A stretch of DNA of 64,000 bases from Methanobacteriota archaeon (GCA_963787255.1 CAWBCJ010000029.1:960001-1024000), one strand, 5' to 3'; shown: positions 36,049-48,200, counted from the first letter of the stretch. The notes: a model not told the origin generated them from the letters alone. A program made the numbers and translations.

Positions 36049-36459
36049 TTGGCTAGAAAAGAATTTATATATCGCGGTTACACATTAGAAGAGTTACAAC
36101 AAATGCCTTTGGATAATGTTATACAATTATTTCCATCCCGGCAGAGAAGATCCCTAAAAAGAGGTTTTCTCCCAAGACAGAAGAAAGTACTCGAAAAAAT
36201 AAGGAAACTAAAAAAGGATGGGAACCAAGGCGGAAGACCAAGAATAATTAAAACCCATTGTAGGGACATGATTGTACTTCCAGAAATGGTCGGAGTAACC
36301 TTTGGGATTTATAATGGAAAAGAATTCACAGAAGTTATCATACAACCTGAAATGATTGGATGTTACTTCGGAGAATTCGCACCTACAAGAAAGCGAGTAG
36401 CGCATGGAGATCCCGGAATGGGTGCTACAAGGTCATCTATGTTTGTGCCTCTTAAATAA
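36049..36459 (+). CDS. rps19: 30S ribosomal protein S19
   Basis: [25 protein letters not shown]. Confidence 0.97.
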   Translation: MARKEFIYRGYTLEELQQMPLDNVIQLFPSRQRRSLKRGFLPRQKKVLEKIRKLKKDGNQGGRPRIIKTHCRDMIVLPEMVGVTFGIYNGKEFTEVIIQPEMIGCYFGEFAPTRKRVAHGDPGMGATRSSMFVPLK

Positions 36460-36471
36460 GGAGAGAATAAA

Positions 36472-36933
36472 ATGGCAAAAATTAACTACGCTTTTACAGA
36501 TGACGATAAAACTAAAACAGCTAAAGCTCTTGGAAGATCACTTAAGATCTCTCCAAAACATGCTGTTGAAATATGTAACAAGATTAGAGGAATGAAGGTA
36601 GAAAATGCCAAAAATTACCTTGAAGACGTAATTGAAATGAAAAAAGCAGTCCCATTCAAAAAGCATAACAAAAAAGTAGGTCATAGAAGAGGATTAGATG
36701 GATGGCCAACTGGTAGATATCCAGTAAAAGCCGCTACCCAAATTCTAGAGGTACTTAAAAGTGCTGAAGCAAACGCTGAGTACAAGGGCATTGATACAGA
36801 AAATATCAAGATAATGCATATATCCAGTCACAAGGGGTACGTTATACGAGGATGGACTCCAAGAGCATTTGGAAGAGCAAGTCCTTTTAATACGCCAACC
36901 ACCCATATACAAATAGTTCTAGGGGAGGCATAG
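36472..36933 (+). CDS. rpl22: 50S ribosomal protein L22
   Basis: [22 protein letters not shown]. Confidence 0.97.
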   Translation: MAKINYAFTDDDKTKTAKALGRSLKISPKHAVEICNKIRGMKVENAKNYLEDVIEMKKAVPFKKHNKKVGHRRGLDGWPTGRYPVKAATQILEVLKSAEANAEYKGIDTENIKIMHISSHKGYVIRGWTPRAFGRASPFNTPTTHIQIVLGEA

Positions 36934-36939
36934 AGTTAC

Positions 36940-38122
36940 ATGATAGAAAAAGATTTTGTCACAGAAGGACTTAAAAGGACAAGAATTGACGAATACCTTG
37001 AAAACGAACTGGAAAGAGCCGGTTACGGTGGAATGGAAATTCAATTAACTCCTCTAGGTACAATGATTGTTGTTTACGCAGAACGTCCAGGAATGGTTAT
37101 AGGAAGAGGTGGAAAAACCGTCCGTAACATAACCCAAACCTTAAAAACAAACTATGGGCTTGAAAACCCACAGGTAGAAGTTAAAGAAGTGGATATTCCT
37201 GAACTTAACCCTAAAATAATGGCTCATAAAATTGCAGCAATGCTGCAGCGTGGAATGCACTTCAGAAGAGTAGCATACACAGCACTCAGAAGAATAATGG
37301 GCGCAGGAGCACAAGGTGTTGAGGTTACAATATCTGGTAAAATAAGAGGTTCAAGGTCCGCAACTGCAAAATTTAATGACGGTTACATTAAAAAATGTGG
37401 TGAACCAGCCTTAAGATTTGTAAAGGTAGGATTTGCGACAGTTCAACTAAAGCCGGGAGTTTTAGGTATTTTTGTTAGAATAATGCCTCCGGGAATGGTT
37501 TTACCTGATAAAGTGGATATTTTACAGATTGCAGTTGAAGAACCAGAAGCTGAAACAATTTCTGAAACTTTAGAAGTAGAAAAAGTGGAAGAAACTCAAG
37601 ATCAAGAAATAGAAGATACAGAAGTTACTGAAATTGCCGAAGAAATCGAGGAAGAGCCTGAAGAAGATTCCATTACTGAGGAAGCTGAAGAGCCTGAAGT
37701 AGAAGAAGAAACTACCGAAGAAGCTGAAGAGACCAGTGAAGAGCCTGAAGTAGAAGAAGAAACTACCGAAGAAGCTGAAGAGACCAGTGAAGAGCCTGAA
37801 GTAGAAGAAGAAACTACCGAAGAAGCTGAAGAGACCAGTGAAGAGCCTGAAGTAGAAGAAGAAACTACCGAAGAAGCTGAAGAGACCAGTGAAGAGCCTG
37901 AAGTAGAAGAAGAAACTACCGAAGAAGCTGAAGAGACCAGTGAAGAGCCTGAAGTAGAAGAAGAAACTACCGAAGAAGCTGAAGAAGCCTGAAGTAGAAG
38001 AAGAAACTACCGAAGAAGCTGAAGAGACCAGTGAAGAGCCTGAAGTAGAAGAAGAAACTACCGAAGAAGCTGAAGAAACAGCCAAAGAAGCCAGCAAAGA
38101 GCCAGAAAAGCCAGAATCATAG
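36940..38122 (+). CDS. rps3: 30S ribosomal protein S3 with long acidic repeat tail; as assembled it stops at 37992 because of a 1-nt insertion near 37985
   Basis: KH motif RPGMVIGRGG, GAQGVEVTISGK; the repeat frame resumes after the extra A and ends KEPEKPES-TAG at 38120-38122. Confidence 0.93.
37687..38077 (+). repeat. 51-bp coding tandem repeat (EEPEVEEETTEEAEETS), about 8 units
   Basis: Identical units at 37687, 37738, 37789, 37840, 37891; 39-bp truncated unit at 37942; unit with extra A at 37981; diverging last unit at 38033. Confidence 0.95.
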
Positions 38123-38150
38123 ATACATAAATATAAAAGGATGGAATAAC

Positions 38151-38357
38151 ATGGTAATATTAAGGAGCAAAGAAATACGTGAAATGGAAATTGAGGACAT
38201 CCAGAAGAAATTGGATGAACTTAAAGCAGAACACGCGAAAAATATTTCAAAGAGTTCTGCAGCAGGAATTAATGAAAATCCTGGAAAAATTAAGGAACTT
38301 AAAAGAACAATTGCACGTGTCCTTACCATAATGAACGAAAAACAGAGGGAGAAGTAA
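38151..38357 (+). CDS. rpl29: 50S ribosomal protein L29
   Basis: ENPGKIKELKRTIARVLT. Confidence 0.96.
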   Translation: MVILRSKEIREMEIEDIQKKLDELKAEHAKNISKSSAAGINENPGKIKELKRTIARVLTIMNEKQREK

Positions 38358-38362
38358 AATAG

Positions 38363-38668
38363 ATGAAAGTCTGTGAGATATGCGGTCTTCCAGAAGAACT
38401 TTGCGTCTGTGAGGAAATAGCTCGAGAAATACAGAAAGTCAAAGTATACACAGTTAGAAGACGATTCGGAAAGCTTATGACCATCGTAGAAGGTATAGAT
38501 GAGCATGATATTGATATAAGGGAACTTACAAAAGAACTCAAAAATAAATGTGCCTGTGGAGGTACAGCTAAAAAAGGTCAGATTGAACTTCAAGGGGATC
38601 ATAAACGGAAGGTCAAACAAGTTCTGGCTAATATGGGCTTTTCTTCAGATACAATAGAAATAAGATAA
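38363..38668 (+). CDS. translation initiation factor aIF1 (SUI1 family)
   Basis: [28 protein letters not shown]. Confidence 0.95.
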   Translation: MKVCEICGLPEELCVCEEIAREIQKVKVYTVRRRFGKLMTIVEGIDEHDIDIRELTKELKNKCACGGTAKKGQIELQGDHKRKVKQVLANMGFSSDTIEIR

Positions 38669-38778
38669 ATTCGGAAATTAGAACTCATTGAAATTCTGTA
38701 TAATACAGAACTATCTCAGAGATAAAGTTATGGACTGCATAAGCAAAGTAGACAAGACTTTCTAACGATAAAAAAAAA

Positions 38779-39063
38779 ATGATAACTCCAAAGAATATAT
38801 TCCGTCATGAGCTCGTGGGACTTCCTGTTAAGGTTGTAGACAGCACTCATGAAGGATTCATTGGAATAGAAGGAAAAGTTGTCGATGAAACAAAAAACAC
38901 CCTCCTAATTCAAGAGGAGGATGAAACAGAAAAATTAGTTCCTAAGGGAGCTGCAACTTTTCATTTTAATTTGCCTGACGGCACTATAATTGAAATCGAG
39001 GGTAAGATTATCGTTGCTCGCCCTGAAGATAGGATAAAAAAGAAATTCAGGAAATATTGGTGA
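38779..39063 (+). CDS. rnp1: ribonuclease P protein component 1 (Rpp29)
   Basis: [22 protein letters not shown]. Confidence 0.95.
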   Translation: MITPKNIFRHELVGLPVKVVDSTHEGFIGIEGKVVDETKNTLLIQEEDETEKLVPKGAATFHFNLPDGTIIEIEGKIIVARPEDRIKKKFRKYW

Positions 39064-39067
39064 TAAC

Positions 39068-39388
39068 ATGATAGGTATCGAAGTTCCAGAACCTAAAGAA
39101 AGATGTGAAGATCCTAACTGCCCGTTTCATGGAACTCTTCCAGTAAGAGGCCAGATATTAGAAGGGATAGTTACCAGCAACAAAGCTGAAAGGACCATCA
39201 CAGTAGAAAGAAGTTTTTACAAATTTATACAAAAATACGAAAGATATGAAAAAAGAAAATCAAAAATAACCGCACATAAACCAGACTGTATTCAAGTTAA
39301 CATTGGTGACGCAGTGAAAATTGCGGAGTGCAGACCTTTAAGTAAAACAAAACAGTTTGTAGTCATAGAAGTTAAAGGAGATAAATAA
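39068..39388 (+). CDS. rps17: 30S ribosomal protein S17
   Basis: [19 protein letters not shown]. Confidence 0.97.
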   Translation: MIGIEVPEPKERCEDPNCPFHGTLPVRGQILEGIVTSNKAERTITVERSFYKFIQKYERYEKRKSKITAHKPDCIQVNIGDAVKIAECRPLSKTKQFVVIEVKGDK

Positions 39389-39390
39389 AG

Positions 39391-39789
39391 ATGAAAGCTA
39401 TCACTTCAAACGTCACAAGAGTTTTACCAATAGGCGCCAGACTCCAATGCATCGACAATACCGGTGCAAGGGAAGTTGAAATTGTGTCTGTTAAAGGATA
39501 CAAAGGTGTGCGAAGAAGGCTTGCAATAGCCGGAGTCGGCGACATGATCATAGTCACTGTTAAAAAAGGAACTATAGACATGAGAAAAGAAGTCATGACT
39601 GCAGTGATTGTAAGGCAGAAAAAAGAATACAGAAGAGCAGATGGTTTAAGGGTTAAGTTTGAAGATAATGCAGCAGTAATAATAAGTCCGGAAGGCACAC
39701 TAAAAGGTTCTGAAATAAGAGGACCAGTTGCTAAGGAAGCAGCAGAAAGATGGCCAAGTATCGGAAGCGCTGCAAGCACAATAGTTTAA
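39391..39789 (+). CDS. rpl14: 50S ribosomal protein L14
   Basis: DNTGA, FEDNAAV, GPVAKE. Confidence 0.97.
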   Translation: MKAITSNVTRVLPIGARLQCIDNTGAREVEIVSVKGYKGVRRRLAIAGVGDMIIVTVKKGTIDMRKEVMTAVIVRQKKEYRRADGLRVKFEDNAAVIISPEGTLKGSEIRGPVAKEAAERWPSIGSAASTIV

Positions 39790-39803
39790 TTAATGGTGAT
39801 AAA

Positions 39804-40157
<354 letters not shown>

Positions 40158-40158
40158 T

Positions 40159-40887
40159 ATGGCAAAAATGGGATCAAGAAAACATCTCAAACGTTATAAA
40201 GCGCCAAAACACTGGCCGATCCATCCAAAAGAAAATAAATGGACTGTTAAACCCAACGCGGGTCCTCATGCTATAGAAGAATCATTACCATTACTACTTA
40301 TAGTTCGTGATATTCTCAAAGTTGCAGACAACTCCAGAGAAGCAAAAAGAATTATAAACAACGGAGACATTCTCGTTGACGGTAGAACTAGAAAAGACTA
40401 CAAGTACCCCGTAGGATTCATGGACGTAATCGAAATACCAAAAACAGAAAGCGTTTACAGGGTCCTTCCAGATGAAAAAGGAAGACTAATTCTGTACCCT
40501 ATAGCTGCAGAAAACAAGGAATTTAAACTTTGTAAAATTACTGATAAAACTACTATAAAAGGTGGAAAAACTCAACTTAACCTTCACGACGGTAGATGCC
40601 ATCTTGATGAAGGAAAATACAAAGTTGGAGATGTAATTATTCTCAAAGTTCCAGAACAGGAAATCAGCGAAGTAATAAGCTTTGAAGACGGTACAATTGG
40701 CCTTATAACTGGTGGAAAGCATATCGGTGAAATAGGTAGGATAAAAGAAATTAACATAACTAAATCATCCATGCCTAATACTGTTGAAATGGAAACAGAA
40801 AATAAGAAAACATTCCTCACCTTAAAAGATTATGTGTTTGTAATTGGTAAGGATGAAGCAGCAATTACACTTCCTGGAGGTAAATAG
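40159..40887 (+). CDS. rps4e: 30S ribosomal protein S4e
   Basis: KHLKR, GPH, PVGFMDV, NLHDGR. Confidence 0.97.
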   Translation: MAKMGSRKHLKRYKAPKHWPIHPKENKWTVKPNAGPHAIEESLPLLLIVRDILKVADNSREAKRIINNGDILVDGRTRKDYKYPVGFMDVIEIPKTESVYRVLPDEKGRLILYPIAAENKEFKLCKITDKTTIKGGKTQLNLHDGRCHLDEGKYKVGDVIILKVPEQEISEVISFEDGTIGLITGGKHIGEIGRIKEINITKSSMPNTVEMETENKKTFLTLKDYVFVIGKDEAAITLPGGK

Positions 40888-41394
40888 ATGAACCCAATGG
40901 AAGAAGTGAAAATAGCAAAGGCAACAATTAACATAGGTGTTGGAGAATCTGGAGAAAGACTTTCAAGGGCTGAAAAGTTAATTGAAAGCATCACCGACCA
41001 ACAGCCTGTACGTACTTATTCTAAAGTAACTAATCCTGAATTTGGTATAAGAAAAGGGCAACCCATAGCATGTAAAGTTACATTGAGGGGAGAAAAAGCC
41101 GATAAAGCCATTAAGATGATACTTGATGGTATTGAAAACAGGTTAAAAACAAGACAATTCGATGCTCAGGGAAACGTTTCGTTTGGGATAAACGAACACA
41201 TAGACATTCCAGGGATGCGTTACGATCCAGATATTGGTATATTTGGGATGAACATTTCCGTAACATTCGAAAAACCAGGTTACAGGATAAAAAGAAGGAA
41301 AATCCAGAGGAAAAAAATTCCAGTTAAACACATGGTAACCCCAGAAGAAACCATGGAGTATATGAAGGAAAATTTCCAGGTTAAGATAAAATAG
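40888..41394 (+). CDS. rpl5: 50S ribosomal protein L5
   Basis: [23 protein letters not shown]. Confidence 0.97.
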   Translation: MNPMEEVKIAKATINIGVGESGERLSRAEKLIESITDQQPVRTYSKVTNPEFGIRKGQPIACKVTLRGEKADKAIKMILDGIENRLKTRQFDAQGNVSFGINEHIDIPGMRYDPDIGIFGMNISVTFEKPGYRIKRRKIQRKKIPVKHMVTPEETMEYMKENFQVKIK

Positions 41395-41403
41395 GTGATA
41401 TAC

Positions 41404-41547
41404 TTGCCAAGAAAATACGGAAAAGCATCAAGAGAATGTAGAAGATGCGGCGATCACTCTGCGTTAGTTAGAAGATACGGGCTTAATTTATGCAGGCAAT
41501 GCTTCAGAGAACTCGCACGCAAAATAGGATTTAAAAAATACAATTAA
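41404..41547 (+). CDS. rps14: 30S ribosomal protein S14, Zn-binding type (not in ORF track)
   Basis: Manual translation from TTG: [47 protein letters not shown]. Confidence 0.95.
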   Translation: MPRKYGKASRECRRCGDHSALVRRYGLNLCRQCFRELARKIGFKKYN

Positions 41548-41550
41548 GAG

Positions 41551-41949
41551 GTGTTATTCGTGCTTATGGATCCTCTAGCAAACGCGCTTACCAATATGAG
41601 AAACAATGAACTGCAGGGAAATAAAAGATGTAAAATTTCACCAGCATCCAAAATGATTGGACGCGTTTTAAGAACAATGCAAAAGGAAGGATACATCGGT
41701 GAATTTGAATTCGTCGATGATAACAAGGCTGGACAGTTCATAGTTGAACTGGAAGGAAATATTAACAAATGCGGTGTCATAAAGCCAAGACACGCAGTAA
41801 AAAAAGATCAATTTGAAAAATTTGAAAAGAGGTACCTGCCATCTAAAAACTTCGGAATCATGATACTAACCACACCAGAGGGAATCATGACCCACAAAGA
41901 AGCTAAAGATAAAGAAATTGGCGGCAGGCTTCTAGCATACATCTATTAA
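41551..41949 (+). CDS. rps8: 30S ribosomal protein S8
   Basis: [26 protein letters not shown]; exact start uncertain. Confidence 0.96.
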   Translation: MLFVLMDPLANALTNMRNNELQGNKRCKISPASKMIGRVLRTMQKEGYIGEFEFVDDNKAGQFIVELEGNINKCGVIKPRHAVKKDQFEKFEKRYLPSKNFGIMILTTPEGIMTHKEAKDKEIGGRLLAYIY

Positions 41950-41965
41950 ATATTCAGGTGATAAC

Positions 41966-42499
41966 ATGGTTGAAGCAGTAGTCCTTAGAGAAGAAATACT
42001 GATTCCTGAAGGGATAGATGTTACTATTGACGGTGGAATAACCGTAAAGGGATCAAAGGGAGAGCTCTCAAGGAAATTTAATTATTCTGGCATTTCTATT
42101 AATCAGGAAAATGGCAACATAGTATTAGAAGCTAATTTTCCTAAAAAGAAAGATAAGGCAATGCTTGGAACTATAAAATCCCATATCAACAACATGATGA
42201 TAGGATTAACAGATGGATTTACTTACAATATGAAAATAGTTTACGCTCACTTCCCTATGACTGTAAAAGCTAGTGGGGATAAAGTTACCATAGAAAATTT
42301 CCTTGGTGAAAGGTATCCTAGAACAGCTAAAATAGTTGGAAGCGCTAAAGTCCAGGTAAAAGGTGACGAAGTAGTAGTCACAGGTATAAACAAAGAAGAC
42401 GTTGGACAAACAATGGCAAACCTGGAACAGGCCACCAAAATAAAGGGAAGAGATCCAAGGGTATTCCAGGACGGAATATACCTTGTAAGTCGGGAATAA
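41966..42499 (+). CDS. rpl6: 50S ribosomal protein L6
   Basis: [20 protein letters not shown]. Confidence 0.97.
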   Translation: MVEAVVLREEILIPEGIDVTIDGGITVKGSKGELSRKFNYSGISINQENGNIVLEANFPKKKDKAMLGTIKSHINNMMIGLTDGFTYNMKIVYAHFPMTVKASGDKVTIENFLGERYPRTAKIVGSAKVQVKGDEVVVTGINKEDVGQTMANLEQATKIKGRDPRVFQDGIYLVSRE

Positions 42500-42512
42500 T
42501 GGCGGTGACAAT

Positions 42513-42848
42513 ATGAAAAAACCAAATTTCAAAAGACAGGAATGGTTTAGATACAAGAAGCTTGGAGAAAAATGGAGGAAGGCAAGAGGGAAAACCAGTA
42601 AAACTCGAAGATACGAAAAAGGAAAACCCGCAATGCCTTCAATAGGCTACGGATCTCCAAAAGCGACAAGAGGACTTCACCCTTCTGGATATCAGGATAT
42701 ACTTGTTTCTAATATCAGGGAACTTGAAAACCTTGATCCAGTTACACAAGCAGGTAGAATAAGTGCTACAGTGGGAAAAAGGAAAAAAGAAGTAATGCTT
42801 GGGAAAGCAAAAGAATTAGGAATTAAGATTCTTAACAAAGGGATTTAA
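42513..42848 (+). CDS. rpl32e: 50S ribosomal protein L32e
   Basis: FKRQ, WRKARG, IGYGSP, GLHPSG. Confidence 0.96.
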   Translation: MKKPNFKRQEWFRYKKLGEKWRKARGKTSKTRRYEKGKPAMPSIGYGSPKATRGLHPSGYQDILVSNIRELENLDPVTQAGRISATVGKRKKEVMLGKAKELGIKILNKGI

Positions 42849-43051
42849 GTACTCAATGCGGGTACTTAATGGTCAAACCTTTAAAATTCGGTAATAATGA
42901 TGATAAAATCATTTGCAAAGGTTTGAGATATAAGAAGTAAAAAAAATAAAATTTTACAATAATATGCATTATTAAAATGTGTTGAATCTTCATTTAGAAG
43001 GTTCAGGTTTTTGATCAACCTTTTAAAAAAGGTTGAAAGGGAGGTTTCTCA

Positions 43052-43498
43052 ATGAATCTTACTACTCAAAAAAGATTGGCTGCAGATATACTCAAAGTCG
43101 GGGAAAACAGGGTATGGATAGATCCTGAAAGGACAGAAGAAGTATCAAGAGCCATAACTCGAGAAAACGTAAAACAATTAATAAACAATAAAGCCATAAG
43201 AGCTAAACCTCAAACTGGCATAAGCAGCTACAGGTCAAAGAAAATAGCTGCACAGAAGAAGAAAGGAAGAAGAAAAGGTCATGGTAGTACAAAAGGAGCT
43301 AAAGGAGCTAAAAATCCAAAGAAAGAAAAATGGATGACTACTATAAGGGCCTTAAGAACCGATCTAAAAGGTATGAGAGAAAACAGGGAAATTAACAAAA
43401 CTACCTACAGAAAGCTCTATAGAATGGCGAAGGGTGGCGCTTTCAGAAGCAAATCCTACATGAAAACTTACGCAAGGGATCATGGCCTGCTCAGGTAG
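43052..43498 (+). CDS. rpl19e: 50S ribosomal protein L19e
   Basis: QKRLAA, RVWIDP, YRMAKGG. Confidence 0.97.
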   Translation: MNLTTQKRLAADILKVGENRVWIDPERTEEVSRAITRENVKQLINNKAIRAKPQTGISSYRSKKIAAQKKKGRRKGHGSTKGAKGAKNPKKEKWMTTIRALRTDLKGMRENREINKTTYRKLYRMAKGGAFRSKSYMKTYARDHGLLR

Positions 43499-43515
43499 AT
43501 TAAGGAGGAATTTAA

Positions 43516-44094
43516 TTGGCACACGGATCAAGATACAAAGTGGCATTTAAAAGAAGAAATGAAGGTAAAACCGATTATGGGGCCAGAATCAAACTTATTG
43601 ACTTAGATAAGGCAAGAATGGTCGTAAGAATTACCAACAATCATATAATTGCTCAAATAATAAAAGTTGCTCCGGAAGGGGACGAAACTATTATTTCAGC
43701 ACATTCCAACGAACTTAAAAAAATGGGATGGCTCGGATCAACCAAAAACAGTTCTGCTGCATATTTAACCGGATTTTTATGCGGTAAAAAAGCTTTAGCT
43801 GAAGATGTAAACGAAGCTGTTTTAGACATTGGTTTAAAGTCACCAACTAAAGGTACCAAAGTCTTCGCTGTATTAAAAGGGGCAGTAGACTCAGGTCTTC
43901 AAATGCCTCACGGTGAATCAGTTTTACCAGATGATAAAAGAATAAAAGGGGAAAATGTTGCACAGTACGCTGAATCATTAAGCGAAGAAGAAATCAAGCA
44001 GAAATTCTCAGTGTACTTGAAAAACGGATTATCTCCAAAAGATTTCCCAGACCATTTCGAGAAGATCAAACAAAAAATAGATGATGAGGTATAA
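43516..44094 (+). CDS. rpl18: 50S ribosomal protein L18
   Basis: EGKTDY, AAYLTG, GAVDSGL..PH. Confidence 0.97.
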   Translation: MAHGSRYKVAFKRRNEGKTDYGARIKLIDLDKARMVVRITNNHIIAQIIKVAPEGDETIISAHSNELKKMGWLGSTKNSSAAYLTGFLCGKKALAEDVNEAVLDIGLKSPTKGTKVFAVLKGAVDSGLQMPHGESVLPDDKRIKGENVAQYAESLSEEEIKQKFSVYLKNGLSPKDFPDHFEKIKQKIDDEV

Positions 44095-44735
44095 TGATGA
44101 ATTACAATAAGGAAGAATGGGAACCTAAAACCAATCTGGGACATATGGTTAAAGAAGGAACCATAACTGACATTGACGAAATATTCGAAAAAGGTCTTCC
44201 AATTATGGAACTGGAAATAGTTAACGCTCTCTTACCTGATTTAGAAGAAGAAGTAATGGATGTAAATCTAGTTCAGAGGATGCACAAATCTGGTAGAAAA
44301 GTTAACTTCAGAGTAATCGTCTCAGTTGGAAACAAAAATGGATATGTGGGACTCGGACAGGGAAAAGCAAAGGAAGTAGGTCCTGCAATAAGAAAAGCTG
44401 TCGATAACGCTAAATATAATATAATAAAAGTTAGAAGAGGTTGCGGTGACTGGGGATGTGTCTGTGGAAGAGAACACACAGTACCATTCAAAATATCTGG
44501 TAAAAGAGGGAGTGTAAGAGTCACTTTAATACCAGCACCTGGTGGAGTTGGTCTGGCAATAGGAAATGTTGGAAAAACTATGCTTGGACTCGCAGGAATT
44601 GATGATGTATGGTCTCAGACAATGGGGCAAACTCAAACAACTATAAATTTCGCTGGCGCAATCTTTGATGCATTAAAGAATTTAAGTAAGGTTAAAGCTA
44701 ACAAATCCGACCTTAAAAATCTTGGAGTAGCATAA
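44094..44735 (+). CDS. rps5: 30S ribosomal protein S5
   Basis: [20 protein letters not shown]. Confidence 0.97.
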   Translation: MMNYNKEEWEPKTNLGHMVKEGTITDIDEIFEKGLPIMELEIVNALLPDLEEEVMDVNLVQRMHKSGRKVNFRVIVSVGNKNGYVGLGQGKAKEVGPAIRKAVDNAKYNIIKVRRGCGDWGCVCGREHTVPFKISGKRGSVRVTLIPAPGGVGLAIGNVGKTMLGLAGIDDVWSQTMGQTQTTINFAGAIFDALKNLSKVKANKSDLKNLGVA

Positions 44736-44744
44736 GGTGATAAC

Positions 44745-45203
44745 ATGATTGCAGCAATAAGAGTAAGAGGTAGAACAGGGATTAAAAAGGATATCGCTGA
44801 TACCATGGATATGCTAAGACTTACCCGAATTAATCATGCAGTTTTAATTGAAGAAAACCCAAGTTATCAGGGAATGCTTCAAAAAGCTAAAGATTACATA
44901 ACCTGGGGAGAAGTTGATTCCCAAACAGTTGCAAAGCTATTATCCAAAAGAGGGAAATTAGCAGGCAACATTAAAATTACTGAAGATTACATAAAAGAAA
45001 ATACAGATTTTTCCTCTGTAGAAGAACTTTCCAAGGCAATAGTAGATTCTGGCGCAAAATTAGAAGATAGTGGAGTAAAACCAGTATTCAGACTTCACCC
45101 TCCAAGAAAAGGATATGAAGATATCAAAAAAACATTTGTAGAATCTGGAAGCCTGGGTTACAGAGGAGATAAAATAGGAGATCTCATTAAAAAGATGATC
45201 TAG
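44745..45203 (+). CDS. rpl30: 50S ribosomal protein L30
   Basis: [20 protein letters not shown]. Confidence 0.96.
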   Translation: MIAAIRVRGRTGIKKDIADTMDMLRLTRINHAVLIEENPSYQGMLQKAKDYITWGEVDSQTVAKLLSKRGKLAGNIKITEDYIKENTDFSSVEELSKAIVDSGAKLEDSGVKPVFRLHPPRKGYEDIKKTFVESGSLGYRGDKIGDLIKKMI

Positions 45204-45226
45204 CCTTTTTCGGAGGATTTCAAAAA

Positions 45227-45664
45227 ATGATTAGAAGAACACGGAAAATAAGGAAAATGCGAGGGTCAAGAACCATCGGCGGTGGATGTTCTAAAAAACG
45301 AAGAGGAGCAGGCCATAGAGGTGGACGAGGTAATGCTGGTCTTCATAAAAGTAAATGGACATGGACTGTTAAATACGATCCAAAACACTTTGGAAAATAC
45401 GGATTTAAAAGACCACAAAGAAGCATTTTAAAATTCAACCCGGTAAACCTTGACTACCTTGACGAAAAATCTGAAGAGTTAGTTCAACAGGGATTAGCTC
45501 AAAAGAAGGATAATGCAATTGAAATAGATGTTACAGACCTTGGTTATAATAAAGTTTTAGGAAAAGGTAAATTAAACAGGCCTTTAATTATAAAATCACC
45601 AAAATTCTCCAGCTCAGCAGCTCAAAAAATAGAAGAAGCTGGCGGGGAAACAATAATTTTATAA
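45227..45664 (+). CDS. rpl15: 50S ribosomal protein L15
   Basis: [20 protein letters not shown]. Confidence 0.97.
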   Translation: MIRRTRKIRKMRGSRTIGGGCSKKRRGAGHRGGRGNAGLHKSKWTWTVKYDPKHFGKYGFKRPQRSILKFNPVNLDYLDEKSEELVQQGLAQKKDNAIEIDVTDLGYNKVLGKGKLNRPLIIKSPKFSSSAAQKIEEAGGETIIL

Positions 45665-45693
45665 CTCAATTTTAAAGTAAGGAGTGAATCTCA

Positions 45694-47036
45694 TTGATTG
45701 AAAAATTGCAACCAATTTTTTCATTAATTCCTCAGGTTAAGTCACCTATTCACCGGATGCCGTTTAGGGAGAAACTTAAATGGACAGGTATAATCCTCGT
45801 ATTATATTTTATACTTGGACAAATTGCTCTTTTTGGGCTAAGTCCCAATGCTGTTGACCAGTTTGCACAATTAAGGGCAGTACTTGCAGGTAACTTCGGT
45901 TCTATAATAACTTTAGGAATAGGACCAATAGTTTCAGCTTCTATTATACTTCAACTTTTAGTTGGGGGTAAAATAATAAATCTGGATCTTTCAAAACATG
46001 AGGATAAAGCAGTATTCCAGGGAACACAGAAACTCCTTGCTATCGTATTCACTTTATTTGAAGCATTTGTACTTGTTTTTACAGGTGCACTCGCTGCAAT
46101 ACCGGGATATGAATTGATTCTCATAACTCAGATAACCATTGGTGGAATTCTCATTATATTCCTAGATGAGGTTGTATCCAAATGGGGATTTGGAAGCGGT
46201 GTAGGTCTTTTCATCGTTGCGGGAGTAGCACAAGACGATAATTATTGGAACATTCAACTTCCTTTCATCACCAACTTCTCCAGGAGTACCTGCAGGAGCA
46301 ATACCAAAATTCATATATCTTTTAACAACAGGAGCGCCTGATTTCACGGTTCTTACTTCCTGTACTTGCAACTATTGTTGTTTTCTTGATAGTAGTATAT
46401 GCAGAAAGTATGCGGGTGGAAATACCACTTTCTTATGGTGGAGTAAAGGGAGCAAGAGGAAAATATCCATTAAGATTTATTTATGCAAGTAACATGCCAG
46501 TAATTTTAACCAGTGCACTGCTTTTAAACGTGCAGTTATTTGCCACACTATTCCAGAAGATTGGATTCCCAATTCTTGGAACAATTTCACAAGGGCAGGC
46601 AATAAGTGGAATAGCATATTATCTTACACCTCCAAGTAGTCTTAGCATACTTCTTACAGACCCTTTAAAAGTATTAATTTATGCTGTTGTGTTTATATCA
46701 TCATGTGTGCTATTTGCATGGCTGTGGGTAGAATTAAGTGGAATAGGGCCAAAGCAGGTTGCAAAACAGCTTCATCAGATGGGAATGCAAATTCCTGGAC
46801 AGAGAAGCAGTAAAGGACACTTCGAGAGGATTTTAAAGAGATACATTCCAGCCATAACAATACTTGGTGGGGCATTTGTAGGACTTTTAGCATTTGGAGC
46901 AGATCTTACAGGAGCTTTAGGTGGAGGTACAGGTGTACTATTGACTGTAGGTATAGTGTACAGACTCTATGAAGAAATAGCTCAAGAACAGATGATGGAT
47001 ATGCACCCAATGTTAAGGAAATTTTTGGGTGATTAA
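45694..47036 (+). CDS. secY: preprotein translocase SecY; two +1 frameshifts near 46233 and 46349 (almost certainly assembly errors)
   Basis: LGIGPIV, KWGFGSG, YASNMP, GTGVLL; the missing middle segment (IIIGTFNFLSSPTSPGVPAGAIPKF) lies in the third frame. Confidence 0.93.
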
Positions 47037-47050
47037 AAAGAGGAATTGAA

Positions 47051-47608
47051 ATGAAAGTCGTTGTAATTGCAGGAATTCCAGGATCAGGAAGTACAACAGT
47101 ATTGAATAAAGCACTTGAAAGCATTGATTATGTGAACGTCAATTATGGAGATGTGATGATTAATATTGCTAAAGAAGAAGGTATCGTAGAAGATAGGGAT
47201 TCTTTGAGGAAATTATCTCCAGACGTGCAAAAAGAAATTCAAAAAAATGCTGCAAAAAGTATAAGAGAGATGTCGGAAAAAAGTAACATAATTGTTGACA
47301 CTCATTGTACAATTAAAACAGCTGCTGGTTTTTTACCTGGACTTCCTAAATGGGTATTAGAAGAACTTCAACCAAATATTTTCATACTCATTGAAGCAGA
47401 TAACGACGAAATCTTGATGAGAAGACTCACAGACAAAACAAGAACCAGGGATATGGAAAAAATAAGTGATATCCAACTTCATCAGGAAATGAACCGCGCC
47501 GTGGCAATGTCCTATGCCGTATTAACCGGGGCAACTGTAAAAATTATTCAAAATCATGATAACAGACTTGAAGAGCCTGTAGAAGACATGGTAAACACTT
47601 TAAAATAA
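47051..47608 (+). CDS. adkA: archaeal adenylate kinase
   Basis: GIPGSGSTT, VDTH, PGLP. Confidence 0.95.
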   Translation: MKVVVIAGIPGSGSTTVLNKALESIDYVNVNYGDVMINIAKEEGIVEDRDSLRKLSPDVQKEIQKNAAKSIREMSEKSNIIVDTHCTIKTAAGFLPGLPKWVLEELQPNIFILIEADNDEILMRRLTDKTRTRDMEKISDIQLHQEMNRAVAMSYAVLTGATVKIIQNHDNRLEEPVEDMVNTLK

Positions 47609-47642
47609 CATATAAAACTTTTAAGATAAAGAGGAAAATAAA

Positions 47643-48200
47643 ATGATACTTGACGTATTATGGGGGCCACTGAATACAGCTTTAAATCCATTCATACTGT
47701 ATTTGGGTCCGATTCTTGCAATATTGATAATAGCTATTGTAATATCGTTTATAACAAATTTAGCGCAAAAGCTACTTGTAAAACAGGATAGGCTTATTTA
47801 CCTTCAAAAAGAAATGAAGGAATTCCAGCAAGAAATGAATGCAGCCAGAAAATCAAACGACCCAAAAGCTTTAGAAAAAGCTCAAAAAAAGCAGATGGAG
47901 TTCATGAGTCTTCAAAAAGAAATGATGACCATGTCATTTAAACCAATGATAGTCACATTTCTTCCTATAATCATTATATTCTGGTGGCTATCTCAAAATG
48001 CACTATTAAACACACTGGTAGTTCAATTACCAACAATAGCTTATTATGTGTTTTTAGTCCCTCTTTTCCACCTGGTTTACCCTCAATCGCCAGGAGTACC
48101 TGTTATGGCTATTGAATGGCTGGGATGGTACATACTGTGTTCATTTGGATTCTCAATGTTATTTAGAAAACTAATGGGAATTAAAAGCGGTGGAATGTAA
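47643..48200 (+). CDS. DUF106 / EMC3-TMCO1 (Oxa1 superfamily) membrane protein
   Basis: TM, coiled coil, FKPMIVT, WLGWYILCS; usual position after adk. Confidence 0.9.
   Translation: MILDVLWGPLNTALNPFILYLGPILAILIIAIVISFITNLAQKLLVKQDRLIYLQKEMKEFQQEMNAARKSNDPKALEKAQKKQMEFMSLQKEMMTMSFKPMIVTFLPIIIIFWWLSQNALLNTLVVQLPTIAYYVFLVPLFHLVYPQSPGVPVMAIEWLGWYILCSFGFSMLFRKLMGIKSGGM

Noticed and set aside
37687-38077. Regular repeat array as a possible CRISPR
   Set aside because: Units are head-to-tail with no unique spacers, are a multiple of 3 and lie in frame within rps3; no cas genes nearby
37570-38097. 175-aa Phe-rich minus-strand ORF
   Set aside because: Antisense shadow of the purine-rich rps3 repeat
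45694-47036. secY as a true pseudogene, split gene or programmed frameshift
   Set aside because: Essential gene, fully restored by removing two single bases, no slippery or stimulatory signals, and the same error type recurs across the window
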